This document shows, one piece after another, positions 16,445-26,336 of a stretch of 64,000 bases of DNA (positions within the stretch are counted from its first letter, which is position 1; every line of letters starts with the position of its first letter). This stretch comes from Minisyncoccia bacterium (GTDB taxonomy: Bacteria; Patescibacteriota; Minisyncoccia; Phycocordibacterales; UBA5272), in contig JBBSJU010000002.1 of NCBI GenBank assembly GCA_038256975.1, positions 65,064 to 129,063 on the forward strand. The letters are read 5' to 3'. The notes under the pieces are model-generated. The model did no database searches. It was not told the DNA's origin and was given only the letters and a program-made list of their open reading frames with translations. A program made the position numbers and the translations under genes.

Positions 16445-17674
16445 CTACTTTCGTCGTCGCAGGAATGCGGGAACTGCACCCCAGTCATCAGTATCGTCTT
16501 CAATAACATTAACCACATCTCCTTGCTTTTGTGTTGAATTAGAGTTTGCTGTGCTTGTTGCTTCTTTTTTTGTCTCTATTTCTTGAACAGGAAGAACATT
16601 ATGAATCTCTTTTCGTTCTAGCTCAGGATTCCTATTAATCGGCTGCTGCATTGATGACTGAATTTGAGAGGCATTCATGTTGCCACCAAAAAGTGGGGTT
16701 GTTCGCTTGTTGCCACTTATCGTAGGGAAGCCAGTTGCGATAACGGTAACCTTAACTTCATCTTTTTTAAGCGTATCGTCTTTGAATGCACCAAAGATAA
16801 TCTTTGCATCTTTGTCGACTGATTCAGTAATAATCTTGGCTGCCTCTTGAACTTCAAAGAGTGAAAGATCATCACTTCCTGAAATAGCAAAGAGTACTCC
16901 GCGAGCTCCATGAATAGAAACATCGAGTAATGGGGAATTGATGGCCGCATGAGCCGCCTCGACTGCTCTGTTTTCTCCCGCTCCTCGCCCTACACCCATG
17001 AGCGCTGTTCCTGAATCTTGCATTACTGCCCGTACGTCTGCGAAGTCAACGTTCATGATTCCAGAGTTTGAGATAAGCTCAGAAATTCCTTCCACTGCCT
17101 GCTTTAATACCTCATCACACATTGCAAAAGCATCTTTAAGGGATGTGTTTTTATCTACTGCTGCAAGAAGCTTGTCGTTCGGAATAACAATAAGAGCATC
17201 AACATTTTGCTCAAGCTCAGCTAATCCCTGCTCCGCGATCTTCATTCGTTGCGCACCTTCGAAGAAGAATGGTTTTGTTGTGACTGCAACCGTGAGCACA
17301 CCTTCGTCTTTAGAGATTTTTGCAATTGTTGGCGCCGCGCCTGTTCCTGTTCCACCACCCATACCACAAGTGATGAATACCATGTCTGCACCCTTCACTG
17401 CATTTTGGATTTCTTCTTTTGTTTCTTCTGCGGAACGTTTTCCTACATCAGGATTCATTCCTGCACCGAGACCCTTGGTGAAGTTTTTACCAATATGAAT
17501 TTTTCGTTCAGCAAGACAATTGTGGAGGTCTTGGACGTCAGTATTTACCGCGATAAATTCTACGTTTTTAACACGCGATTCAATCATGTGATTAATTGCT
17601 CCCTTTCCTGAACCCCCGACACCAATAACTTTAATTCTGGCAAAATTTTCGATTTCTGGATTGATTTTTGGCAT
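16445..17674 (-). CDS. ftsZ: cell division protein FtsZ
   Basis: GMGGGTGTG, NVDFADV, C-terminal VPAFLRRR. Confidence 0.97.
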   Translation of the reverse strand: MPKINPEIENFARIKVIGVGGSGKGAINHMIESRVKNVEFIAVNTDVQDLHNCLAERKIHIGKNFTKGLGAGMNPDVGKRSAEETKEEIQNAVKGADMVFITCGMGGGTGTGAAPTIAKISKDEGVLTVAVTTKPFFFEGAQRMKIAEQGLAELEQNVDALIVIPNDKLLAAVDKNTSLKDAFAMCDEVLKQAVEGISELISNSGIMNVDFADVRAVMQDSGTALMGVGRGAGENRAVEAAHAAINSPLLDVSIHGARGVLFAISGSDDLSLFEVQEAAKIITESVDKDAKIIFGAFKDDTLKKDEVKVTVIATGFPTISGNKRTTPLFGGNMNASQIQSSMQQPINRNPELERKEIHNVLPVQEIETKKEATSTANSNSTQKQGDVVNVIEDDTDDWGAVPAFLRRRK

Positions 17675-17789
17675 AAAATATTACAATAAACGCACGTGTT
17701 TTTGAATAGCTATATAGTATCAGAAAGGTGTGTCAAGCACAAAAGGATCGGAAGGAAAGAGAAAGATGACATTTTCAATATCTGTGTTA

Positions 17790-18965
17790 TTACGGTAGGA
17801 ACTGTTTGAAGAATTGAATAATTGCTCGGAAAGTCTGAGAGAGTGTTTCCGTAGCGCTTCCAACACGTCCCACCGAAGCGTCACTTTGGAGGAGTGCAAG
17901 CCCACAAGCAACTCCAAGATTTGGATCTTTAATCTTGCCTTTTGTTATGGTTGTAAGCTCTTGAGAGTCTGTGGTTACAGGAATGCGTAAGATATCTTTA
18001 GCAATTTCAAGAATGAGTTTCTGATTAGAGCCACCACCGAGGAGAATGGCACCTGCAGGAAGTAATCCACTACGGTGGATTTTTCGTAACTGCGTATCAA
18101 GGAGTTCAAAAATATCAGTGGTGCGCGCACGGACAATCTCATCTATCTTTCGTTTTGAAACAATGCCTTCGTAGGAACCACGTTTCATTTTTTCTGCGTC
18201 TTCAATAGAAACTTTAAGTCCAAGAGCAATATCGTTGGTGATATCGTTACTTCCTATTTGAACGGTGTGTACGAGAAGGGGAACAGAGTGTTCGTATACT
18301 ACCATGGTCGTTGTCTCTGCGCCGATATCAATAACTGCTGAGCCAGTGGTGCGTTCCTTTTTTGAAAGTACACATAAGCTTGTTGCAATAGGACTTGCAA
18401 TTGTATCGTCCACATCAACACCGAGTGATTCAAAGATTGCGTGGAGCTCCTCTATTTGCTGCTCAGGATAGATAACGAAGAGTGTTTTTACTTCAAGTTT
18501 TCCACCGATGAGACCGAGTACTTTTGCAAGTACGTCTTTATTATCGAGCTTCCATTTTTGTGGAATTACGTGAAGAATCTTTTGATTTTTTTGCTCACCC
18601 AGCGTGTCTTCTGAATTTTGTATAGCACGGTTTGTATCAAGGGTAGTAACTTGGCTATCAGCACGTGTAATTACTGCGTGTCCTGTGCCTTGAATTGAAG
18701 TAAGTCCAAGGCCGTGAACACCAACCACAACTCGAGTAATGGGGTATCCTGACTGTTTGCTTGCAAGAGAAAGCGCGCGCTCTATTGAACGGGTAACATC
18801 AGGAGTTGAATCTATATATCCGCGACGCATCCCATTGTTTTCAACTGTTATGACCGCACGAATGCTTGGATATGTGTCATGTTCGGCACGCTCACCAACG
18901 ACCACTTTTATGTAAGAGGTGCCGATATCAATTCCGGTCACTATAGTCGTATGGGTTCGTGGCAT
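17790..18965 (-). CDS. ftsA: cell division protein FtsA
   Basis: GIDIGTS, DIGAETT, GSNDITNDIA, LLGGGS; upstream of ftsZ. Confidence 0.93.
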   Translation of the reverse strand: MPRTHTTIVTGIDIGTSYIKVVVGERAEHDTYPSIRAVITVENNGMRRGYIDSTPDVTRSIERALSLASKQSGYPITRVVVGVHGLGLTSIQGTGHAVITRADSQVTTLDTNRAIQNSEDTLGEQKNQKILHVIPQKWKLDNKDVLAKVLGLIGGKLEVKTLFVIYPEQQIEELHAIFESLGVDVDDTIASPIATSLCVLSKKERTTGSAVIDIGAETTTMVVYEHSVPLLVHTVQIGSNDITNDIALGLKVSIEDAEKMKRGSYEGIVSKRKIDEIVRARTTDIFELLDTQLRKIHRSGLLPAGAILLGGGSNQKLILEIAKDILRIPVTTDSQELTTITKGKIKDPNLGVACGLALLQSDASVGRVGSATETLSQTFRAIIQFFKQFLP

Positions 18966-19359
18966 GTGGAGCAAATTGTTTTAAGTACTTTTGTTCTTGT
19001 TTCTCCATTGTACTCCCTTGTTAGTATCCTTTCTAATGAAGACAACTGTGGATGAAGAGAAAAAGAATAAAATCACGATATGAAAGAGAATACTCTTTTG
19101 CTTGTAAACGCATTACTTTAAGTGACATGTAGATCTCACCTGTATTTTGTGAAAGAGGGAATGCTAAGGTGTTCGGGGTGTATAGTTTTTTCCGATGTGT
19201 TTTATTGAGATGCTGGATATTTTTTTCAGTGCTGAATATCAAATGTAACGTGTATTTTTTGCCGAGTATTTTTTGCGTAACATCAAAAAACGGTAAGGAC
19301 GGAATTGTCCCTACCGTTTCTCGAATGATTGTAATTTGTTCTTTCTCTAACGTTGTCAT
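18928..19359 (-). pseudogene. ybeY: rRNA maturation endoribonuclease YbeY interrupted by two in-frame stops
   Basis: LNKTHRKK.YTPNTLAF..GEIY..IHSCLH*KGY*QGSTMEKQEQKYLKQF; the frame continues past TAG and TAA. Confidence 0.75.
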
Positions 19360-19362
19360 TTT

Positions 19363-19614
19363 TTATCGTCGGCCTTTCTTTTTCGGAGGAGTGAGTTTGC
19401 CGAGCTTCTTTAAGCGGTTGTACGTTTTTGTTCGTCCGATCTTGAGGAGTTTTGCCTTCTTTACTTTGAGAGGAGAAAGTGCGCGTGTAGCATATCGCTG
19501 GCTTCGTTTCTTCGGGATGATTCCTGACTCCTGAACTCTTTTTGTGAATCGTCGAAGTGTACCTGCTGCTGGTTCATTCTGTCCTTGTTTTATTTCTACG
19601 TAAGCGGTTGGCAT
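19363..19614 (-). CDS. rpsU: 30S ribosomal protein S21 (CPR type)
   Basis: VEIKQGQNE...LRRFTKRVQESGI; basic; upstream of ybeY. Confidence 0.8.
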   Translation of the reverse strand: MPTAYVEIKQGQNEPAAGTLRRFTKRVQESGIIPKKRSQRYATRALSPLKVKKAKLLKIGRTKTYNRLKKLGKLTPPKKKGRR

Positions 19615-19722
19615 AAGTAACCATATTTTTACCACATTCACGTTTGTTTTGCAATGATAAAGGGCGTTTAAGTAATGTTATTTGACATTAAGATGGTTTC
19701 TTGAGATGAATGAGGATACCCA

Positions 19723-20181
19723 ATGTTGGGTGTTCTTTTGGAGTTTGTCATGATAATCCGTAGAGGTGATATGGGAAACGGCGCTACCCTCTCCCTTGAG
19801 GCGTGTGGGCAAGGAAACTACTTGATCATGGCTGGTAGTGGATCAAGGAATGAGCTTGGTGAATATCGTTTTGTCGAATTCACCAGAAGTGGCTCCAAAT
19901 CACCGGAGACATGCGGGGTATTGGCTGTACTGCGACAACAGTTGATGTTTTGTGGGCAGGAGGATCGTCGAGGCATTATTTCTTACGAGACAGAAGGAGG
20001 GTGTCTTCAGGTTATGCAGGATAAGGATGGGGATGAGTATGTGCGCACTGTTGGTCTGGGTGTTGATACCGAAGTACGTCCTCTTCGTCTCACACCACAA
20101 AATACCTCGGAGTTAGTTCGGGAAACCATCATTAACCTCCTTCATGCAATGAGGGTAGATGAAGGTAAATACCCACAATGA
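19723..20181 (+). CDS. hypothetical protein (start possibly ATG 19771)
   Basis: Long ORF; TTGACA upstream; GAGGTG SD; terminator 20204-20228. Confidence 0.6.
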   Translation: MLGVLLEFVMIIRRGDMGNGATLSLEACGQGNYLIMAGSGSRNELGEYRFVEFTRSGSKSPETCGVLAVLRQQLMFCGQEDRRGIISYETEGGCLQVMQDKDGDEYVRTVGLGVDTEVRPLRLTPQNTSELVRETIINLLHAMRVDEGKYPQ

Positions 20182-20203
20182 ATGAAATGTCTGCAGAAAC
20201 AGA

Positions 20204-20228
20204 AGAGCCCACGATGGTCGTGGGCTCT
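20204..20228. terminator. terminator hairpin
   Basis: agagcccacga/tcgtgggctct. Confidence 0.7.
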
Positions 20229-20230
20229 GT

Positions 20231-21550
20231 TTATTTTGTCTGATGGTCTTTGAGGTGTTTAATGTAATCGCTTAGTTCATCAATCTTTACTGTTTCTTGA
20301 GATCTGTTTTCCATATCGCGCACAATTACTGAGTGTTCCAGCGCTTCCTTTTGTCCAAAAATAAGTACGTAAGGAATACCAAGTTTCTCTGCAATGCCAA
20401 GCTGACTACCCAGACTGTCTTTTGAAATCGATTGCTCAACAGGGATGCGTGCTTTCCGCAAGATTTCCAGTACCGCAAGACTCTTTAACTTTGCTTCAAA
20501 ACCAAGCTGAACAAAAAATACTTTCGGCTTCTTCATGATTCGTGGGGCGAGGTTTTTGAACCACGGACGTTCAACGATTCTATCCATGCCGAGTGAGCCA
20601 CCAACGGCAGGGATGTCTTTTTTAGAACCAATCATTTTACCAAGGTAATCGTAGCGTCCACCAGCTGCAATAGTTACCAGACTTCCATCTTCAGTCTTTT
20701 CCATTATTTCAAACACGGTGTGAGTGTAGTAGGAGAGACCACGTACCAAAAGTTTGTCGATTTCGTAGGTGATGCCCATATCATCGAGGTATTGGAGCAC
20801 TTCTTTGAAATGTTTTTTACCAGAGCTTGAAAGGAAACTTACTGCATCTGGCGCACCTTGGTTTATTTCTTTCGTAACGGGGTGTTTTGAGTCGAGGATA
20901 CGAAGTGGGTTTGTTTTGAGCCGCTCTTGGTCTACTGCTGGTAAGTCTTTGAGATGTTTTTTGTAGTAGTTAGTAAGTGCACGAATATATGCAGGACGAG
21001 ATTCTTTATCACCAATTGAGTTTATATTAACAATTAAATCTTTTGCGCCCGCTTCAGTAAGTACGGTATAAATAGTCTTGATAATGAGAGCATCTAAAAT
21101 ACTGCAATCACTTCCGAGTGCATCGACGTCAAATTGATAGAATTGGCGATAGCGTCCTTTTTGCGGATTGTCATGACGGAATACGGGGCCGGAGTGATAA
21201 AGAAGCACGGGCTGGGGAAGTGATTGCATGCCGTGCTCAATGTATGCACGCATAAGCCCTGCGGTTTGTTCTGGTCGCATAGCGAGGTGGTCACCACCTT
21301 TTGTTTTTAAGGTGTACATCTCTTTGTCGATAATATCTGTGCCAACACCAACAGCTGACGTAAATGTATTTTCGTGTTCAAGGATGGGGGTCTCTATTGG
21401 TTTAAAACCATAGTACACGGAAACTTCTTGTGCTTTTTCAAAAAGTCCTTGAAATTTGTAGTAGGCATCTCCAATAATGTCGCGTGTTCCTTTTGGAGAT
21501 TGAAGTGAATTTACATTCTGTGTGTTTTCTTTTGACATAGTGTATACCAA
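20231..21550 (-). CDS. hisS: histidine--tRNA ligase
   Basis: PKGTRD, MRPEQTA, PQKGRYRQFYQ, LVRGLSYYT, GGRYD. Confidence 0.96.
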   Translation of the reverse strand: MVYTMSKENTQNVNSLQSPKGTRDIIGDAYYKFQGLFEKAQEVSVYYGFKPIETPILEHENTFTSAVGVGTDIIDKEMYTLKTKGGDHLAMRPEQTAGLMRAYIEHGMQSLPQPVLLYHSGPVFRHDNPQKGRYRQFYQFDVDALGSDCSILDALIIKTIYTVLTEAGAKDLIVNINSIGDKESRPAYIRALTNYYKKHLKDLPAVDQERLKTNPLRILDSKHPVTKEINQGAPDAVSFLSSSGKKHFKEVLQYLDDMGITYEIDKLLVRGLSYYTHTVFEIMEKTEDGSLVTIAAGGRYDYLGKMIGSKKDIPAVGGSLGMDRIVERPWFKNLAPRIMKKPKVFFVQLGFEAKLKSLAVLEILRKARIPVEQSISKDSLGSQLGIAEKLGIPYVLIFGQKEALEHSVIVRDMENRSQETVKIDELSDYIKHLKDHQTK

Positions 21551-21579
21551 CTCTTCTACATATCGATTACTGTTTCAGT

Positions 21580-22248
21580 TTACGGGGTTTTAGTTAAAAC
21601 GTCCACTGAGCCAGGAAAAAGTGATATCTGGGTGAATGGATAGAGGCGTACGAGCGTTCTTCCAATGATTTGCGTTCGTTTAATGGGGCCGATTTGCCGT
21701 GAATCAAGGCTCAGTGGTCGATTGTCTCCCATCATGAAGTATTCATCTGCGCCGAGCGTCAAAACCTTTTTTGTTCGCCCGTCTGTATTTTTAATGTACG
21801 TCTCATTGAGTATAAGCCCTTCAGGATGAGTATTGTTTGTAACGATGGTGGTTGTGCCATCAATAGTGATCTGTTCTCCTGGAAGCCCAATGATCCGTTT
21901 AATGAGGTATCGGTTGCCATTTTCTGGACCAGATTTGAATACTACTACGTCACCACGTTTAGGTTCTTCCAAAAAAGTGTATGAGAATCGATCGACAATA
22001 ATGTAATCGTATGGTTCAAACGTCGGTACCATCGAAGTTTGCTGTACGAGAAATGGTTGAATAAGGAAGGTTTTAATAATCGTAAAGAAAAATCCAACTG
22101 TCGCAATAAAACGGAGCACTTCTTGAACCTTTGCGTACCATGCCGCACGTCGTGCCACAGCGCGTTCCTCCTTTGTTTTCCTCAGGTTGTATAAAATAAA
22201 AAAGAACTCAAGAATCTGATCTGCTATCCAGTCCAGGGGGTTTCGCAT
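21580..22248 (-). CDS. lepB: signal peptidase I
   Basis: SMVPT, RGDVVVF, IKRIIGLPGE, MGDNRPLSLDSR. Confidence 0.92.
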   Translation of the reverse strand: MRNPLDWIADQILEFFFILYNLRKTKEERAVARRAAWYAKVQEVLRFIATVGFFFTIIKTFLIQPFLVQQTSMVPTFEPYDYIIVDRFSYTFLEEPKRGDVVVFKSGPENGNRYLIKRIIGLPGEQITIDGTTTIVTNNTHPEGLILNETYIKNTDGRTKKVLTLGADEYFMMGDNRPLSLDSRQIGPIKRTQIIGRTLVRLYPFTQISLFPGSVDVLTKTP

Positions 22249-22280
22249 AAAATATTTTCTATAGTGTATCATAGAAGAAT

Positions 22281-22871
22281 ATGATAATCGTTGGGCTTGG
22301 AAATCCTGGGAAAGAATATGAATCTACACGACATAATGTTGGGCGAATTGTTGCGAGCTATGTTGCCAAACTAACCAAAGCTGATGTTTTCGAAACTGAC
22401 GGCATGCTTCGAGCGCAGAAAACAAAAACAATGATTGCCGATAAAAAAGCAATAATTGTGCTCCCAGATACTTTCATGAATCTTTCCGGGAAAGCAGTTG
22501 GTCCTTTGATTAAGTCGCCTAAAGATTTAACAAAATTAGTTGTTATGTATGATGATCTTGATCTTGCTCGGGGGACCTTCAAGATTTCTTTTAATCGCAG
22601 TTCTGGTGGGCATAACGGAGTTCAGTCGATTATTAAAGCAGTGAAATCCGAGGCCTTTATTCGGGTTCGGGTTGGGATTTCGCCAACAACAACGGGAGGT
22701 AAATTGAAAAAACCACTTGGTGAGGAAAAAGTAGGCAAGTGGATTCTTGGTGTTATGAAAGACGAAGAAAAAGATGGACTGAAAAAACTTTCAAAAACGG
22801 TCCTCCAGGCTCTCGAAATGATTGTTGAAGAAGGTTTACCGAAAGCAATGTCAATATACAATGGGAAGTAA
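22281..22871 (+). CDS. pth: peptidyl-tRNA hydrolase
   Basis: IVGLGNPGKEYESTRHNVG, TFMNLSG, DDLD, GGHNG. Confidence 0.96.
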   Translation: MIIVGLGNPGKEYESTRHNVGRIVASYVAKLTKADVFETDGMLRAQKTKTMIADKKAIIVLPDTFMNLSGKAVGPLIKSPKDLTKLVVMYDDLDLARGTFKISFNRSSGGHNGVQSIIKAVKSEAFIRVRVGISPTTTGGKLKKPLGEEKVGKWILGVMKDEEKDGLKKLSKTVLQALEMIVEEGLPKAMSIYNGK

Positions 22872-22886
22872 AAAAGGGGCTATTTC

Positions 22887-22982
22887 AAAAAGAAGGTTTT
22901 AAGAAACACGCATAAAATTCTGGTGAATTTTTGCTACGCTCGCTCCGTCGAGTCTGCGCAAGTTTCTTAAAACCTTCTTTTT
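22887..22982 (+). repeat. structured 3'-UTR / MITE-like element, copy A
   Basis: 21-bp perfect terminal IR around a core shared with 27551-27647. Confidence 0.85.
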
Positions 22983-22990
22983 TCAACTCA

Positions 22991-23025
22991 AATAATAAAA
23001 CCACCGATTTGGTGGTTTTATTATT
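22991..23025. terminator. bidirectional terminator (pth/rpsA)
   Basis: aataataaaaccacc/ggtggttttattatt. Confidence 0.8.
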
Positions 23026-23040
23026 TATTTCAGAAAAAGA

Positions 23041-24144
23041 TTATTCTTTTGAAATGTAGGTGAGCGTCATTCGCTGCTCTTTCGGTTCAAAGAATGTGAT
23101 TGCAAAGTCGTATACTTTTCCAAGCCCGAGTGATGATTTCATTTTTTCTTCACTTGCAAACTCTGAAATGTGTACAAGGCCGGCCACTCCTTCATTGATA
23201 GAAGCAAGCGCGCCATGTTTATTGAATTTAATCACAACACCTTTTACAATATCTCCTTTCTTGAATTTCTTTTCTGCTTCAAGCCACGGGTTTACAGTAA
23301 GGGCTTTTACAGAGAGTGATACTTTTCCATCCTTTACTTCGATAATACGGGCCTTTACTTTGTCACCGACTTTGAAAAGCGTCTTAGGGTCATCAATAAG
23401 TGACCATGACATTTCAGAAATATGGATGAGTCCTTCAAGTCCGTCTTCGAGTTCTACAAAAGCGCCAAATTCCACAACACCAGTTACCTTACCTTCAACT
23501 TCGTCACCAACGGCATATTTGTCCATAACCTCTGTCTTCTCTTTTCCGTCAACATCTTTTTCAGAGAAAATGAGCTTACCTTCTTTTGGCATTGCACCAA
23601 TGACGCACACAGAAATACGTTTTCCAATAAGTTTCTTAAGTTCTCGCAAGATTTTTTCTTTGTCGCCATCCATAACGCGAGGGTAGTTCTCGCTCTTAAG
23701 TTGTGATGCGGGAAGGAATCCAGCCACACCTTGCCAGTCAAGAATAAGTCCACCTTTATTTGCCTCTTTGATAACAAGATCAAATACGGTTTTTGCTTTA
23801 ATAGCTTCTTCGGCGTCACTCCACATCGCGGCCTGCTTTGCCTCTTTGAGTGAGAGTTCTACATGACCATTTTCATTTTCAGTTTCAATGATCTTCGCTT
23901 TAATAGCGTCACCAACGTTTATCTTTTTAATAACATCGCGAGCTTGGATGAACTCTGTTCCATAAATGATACCAACCCCATGAATACCAAGGTCAACATA
24001 GATTGCTGACTTCTTGATAGATACTACAGTGCCGTCTACAACGTCGTCTGCTTTGAGGCGATGAGGAGCTGTGTGAACTGCATTTTTAAGTTGTGTGTTA
24101 TTTGCGTCACCGTAAATGTTTGCGTTTTGTAATTCTGGTTTCAT
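23041..24144 (-). CDS. rpsA: 30S ribosomal protein S1 (four S1 domains)
   Basis: GFLPASQL, FGAFVEL.DGLEGLIHISEMSW, GLVHISE. Confidence 0.92.
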   Translation of the reverse strand: MKPELQNANIYGDANNTQLKNAVHTAPHRLKADDVVDGTVVSIKKSAIYVDLGIHGVGIIYGTEFIQARDVIKKINVGDAIKAKIIETENENGHVELSLKEAKQAAMWSDAEEAIKAKTVFDLVIKEANKGGLILDWQGVAGFLPASQLKSENYPRVMDGDKEKILRELKKLIGKRISVCVIGAMPKEGKLIFSEKDVDGKEKTEVMDKYAVGDEVEGKVTGVVEFGAFVELEDGLEGLIHISEMSWSLIDDPKTLFKVGDKVKARIIEVKDGKVSLSVKALTVNPWLEAEKKFKKGDIVKGVVIKFNKHGALASINEGVAGLVHISEFASEEKMKSSLGLGKVYDFAITFFEPKEQRMTLTYISKE

Positions 24145-24408
24145 AAATATTAATTTGTGTTCTTCATTATTAAACAAAAAAATTCCTCAGGAAAAAGGAA
24201 TTGAGCTTTTTTCCTGCACGAGATGGATTTGCCTTGTCAGAAAGGGAAGAAGGGCAAATGGTTACAAGCTCGTGTTTGTTGTTAATTTGAAATGAACTCG
24301 GTAATTAAAGCACAGCTTCTAATAAAAGGCAACAAAAAAACCGCACATAGTGCAGTGTTTATTCTGAATTCCTCAGCGCGGTCCCCATGACCGCACTGAG
24401 GAAGATTC

Positions 24409-24642
24409 TCAGGCAAGAATCAGACTCATTCGCTGATCCTGACGTTGCCCTGCGTTGCGTTGACGGGCTTCTTGGGTCAGGTTTTTCAGTGCCGCTTGGC
24501 ATCGCTGTCGATCATCAGCAGGGATCTTTCCTTGCAGGGCAGCATTCAGCCTTGCTGAACTCTCCGTGATCGTAGACATAGGGGTCTGTCCATTTACCGT
24601 GCGACCCTCGCGGATCGCTTGATTGAGAAGTTCGCGACTCAT
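24409..24642 (-). CDS. small helical hypothetical protein (paralog 2, MSRELLNQAI...)
   Basis: AAGGAG SD and ATGA overlap with the upstream ORF stop. Confidence 0.65.
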   Translation of the reverse strand: MSRELLNQAIREGRTVNGQTPMSTITESSARLNAALQGKIPADDRQRCQAALKNLTQEARQRNAGQRQDQRMSLILA

Positions 24643-24908
24643 GCTTGTACTCCTTGCTGTTGGAACGAAAGTGCCCGTGCCGGGCGTTCCGAGGATGTAA
24701 GTCCCCGTCGTTGCATTTCCAATTTCAATACCAGACGATGAGCTTTCCACTCACGTAGAGTTTCGCTGGTGAAGCCCTGGGCGCCAGCATTTGCTTCGTC
24801 AATCTTGTCGTCGAGCGCACGATGCGCTGCGACAATACGGCTATCCGGCATCGCACCGGAAATATTTTGTGCGACACTCACAGCGCTTTCGATGGAGATG
24901 TTCGACAT
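24639..24908 (-). CDS. small helical hypothetical protein (paralog 1, MSNISIESAV...)
   Basis: GAGGT SD; ungapped similarity to the downstream ORF. Confidence 0.65.
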   Translation of the reverse strand: MSNISIESAVSVAQNISGAMPDSRIVAAHRALDDKIDEANAGAQGFTSETLREWKAHRLVLKLEMQRRGLTSSERPARALSFQQQGVQA

Positions 24909-25058
24909 GATTACCTCGTGAGCCCCTTTTGAGTAAACTACAATGTATTCGGGCTTTTAAATACAGAGTAGTCTTTATAAAGAACAACCTTTCCTTTATA
25001 CTACTAAACTCATTTTTGTAAAGGCTACTGTCCCCAGGTTCCTTGATACAATTAACGC

Positions 25059-26036
25059 ATGAAAAAGATTGTGACAATCGGTGGTGGTACCGGAAGCTTC
25101 ACTATTCTCTCAGGGCTCAAGGATATTCCTGACGTGCAAATTACTGCTGTTGTTTCTATGTCCGATGATGGGGGTTCTACAGGTGTTCTTCGAGACGAAC
25201 TCGGGGTGCTCCCTCCTGGAGATGTGCGACAGTGTTTAATCGCACTTTCTGAACATTCGGATATCGTTCGAAAATTAGTGGGATATCGTTTTGAAGAAGG
25301 AGGTCTCTCGGGTCACAGCTTTGGAAATATTTTTCTTGCGGCACTTGAGAAGGTGACAGGAAGTTTTATAAAGGGGATTGAAGTGGCAAGCGACATCTTA
25401 AAGGTTCGTGGGTCCGTTATTCCCGTAACGGATGATAAGGCTCATCTTTATATCACACTCGAAGACGGAACTCTTTTAAAAGGTGAGAATGCAATTAATC
25501 ACGCCGACATGCAGGCGGGCGGGGTTGCAAATATATATTATGAAACTAATGTTGTACTTAATGCCCGTGCGCATGATGCTATAGAGGACGCAGACGTTAT
25601 TATTCTCGGCCCAGGAAACTATTACTGCTCAGTACTTCCTAATATTGCGGTTTCTGGTATGGTTGAGGCTTTACAGAAAACAAAAGCTAAAATTATTTTT
25701 CCTATAAATCTTACAAACAAAAAAGGCCATACATTGTATTGGACTGCAAAAGGCTACGTTGAAGATATTGAACGGTATCTCAAAAGACCGCTTGATATTG
25801 TTTTGGTGAATAGCCTTCCACCATCGAAAGAACAGTTGGAGAAATATGAGCTTCAAGAGGGAGATGGGGTGCTTGTTGTCGACGATCTTCCTACGAACAA
25901 GAAGACCGTTCGATTACCGCTTTTATCTCAAGGGGCAGTTTCTTTTCAGAAGGCAGACGTTATTGCTGAGAGCCGGAGTTTTATTCGTCACGACAGCACT
26001 CTTCTTGCTCAAGCGATACAAGATTTGTTGAAGTAA
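25059..26036 (+). CDS. yvcK: YvcK/GlmR family UDP-GlcNAc-binding protein
   Basis: IGGGTG, DDGGSTGVLR, PPGDVR, GHSFGN, GPG..Y.SVLPN. Confidence 0.9.
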   Translation: MKKIVTIGGGTGSFTILSGLKDIPDVQITAVVSMSDDGGSTGVLRDELGVLPPGDVRQCLIALSEHSDIVRKLVGYRFEEGGLSGHSFGNIFLAALEKVTGSFIKGIEVASDILKVRGSVIPVTDDKAHLYITLEDGTLLKGENAINHADMQAGGVANIYYETNVVLNARAHDAIEDADVIILGPGNYYCSVLPNIAVSGMVEALQKTKAKIIFPINLTNKKGHTLYWTAKGYVEDIERYLKRPLDIVLVNSLPPSKEQLEKYELQEGDGVLVVDDLPTNKKTVRLPLLSQGAVSFQKADVIAESRSFIRHDSTLLAQAIQDLLK

Positions 26037-26084
26037 TAGTGCAGATGTACTTTTTCACGATTTTGACTTAGAATCCAAGGACAT

Positions 26085-26104
26085 GCCGGGGTGGCGAAAT
26101 TGGT
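26085..26104 (+). repeat. duplicate of tRNA-Leu 5' end
   Basis: gccggggtggcgaaattggt identical to 26179-26198. Confidence 0.9.
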
Positions 26105-26178
26105 CAAAACGAACAATTGTCACTTGCCGGCAAGTCGGATGTTTTAACTCAAAACATCTGTAGATAAAAATAAATAAC

Positions 26179-26260
26179 GCCGGGGTGGCGAAATTGGTAG
26201 ACGCACTTGCCTTAGGAGCAAGCGAGGTGACTCATGGAGGTTCAAGTCCTCTCCCCGGCA
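26179..26260 (+). tRNA. tRNA-Leu(TAG)
   Basis: GCCGGGG/CCCCGGC acceptor, CTTGC-CTTAGGA-GCAAG, GTTCAAGTC. Confidence 0.94.
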
Positions 26261-26336
26261 CAAAAAATAAAAAACAAAAAAAGAGTGCGCGCACTCTTTT
26301 TTTGTTTGTGATAAAATCTGTTCAACCCGTACCAAT

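Noticed and set aside
24409-24908. Single frameshifted gene, or the 113-aa ORF starting at 24750
   Set aside because: The ATGA overlap with its own AAGGAG SD at 24642 and the mutual N-terminal similarity favour two genes
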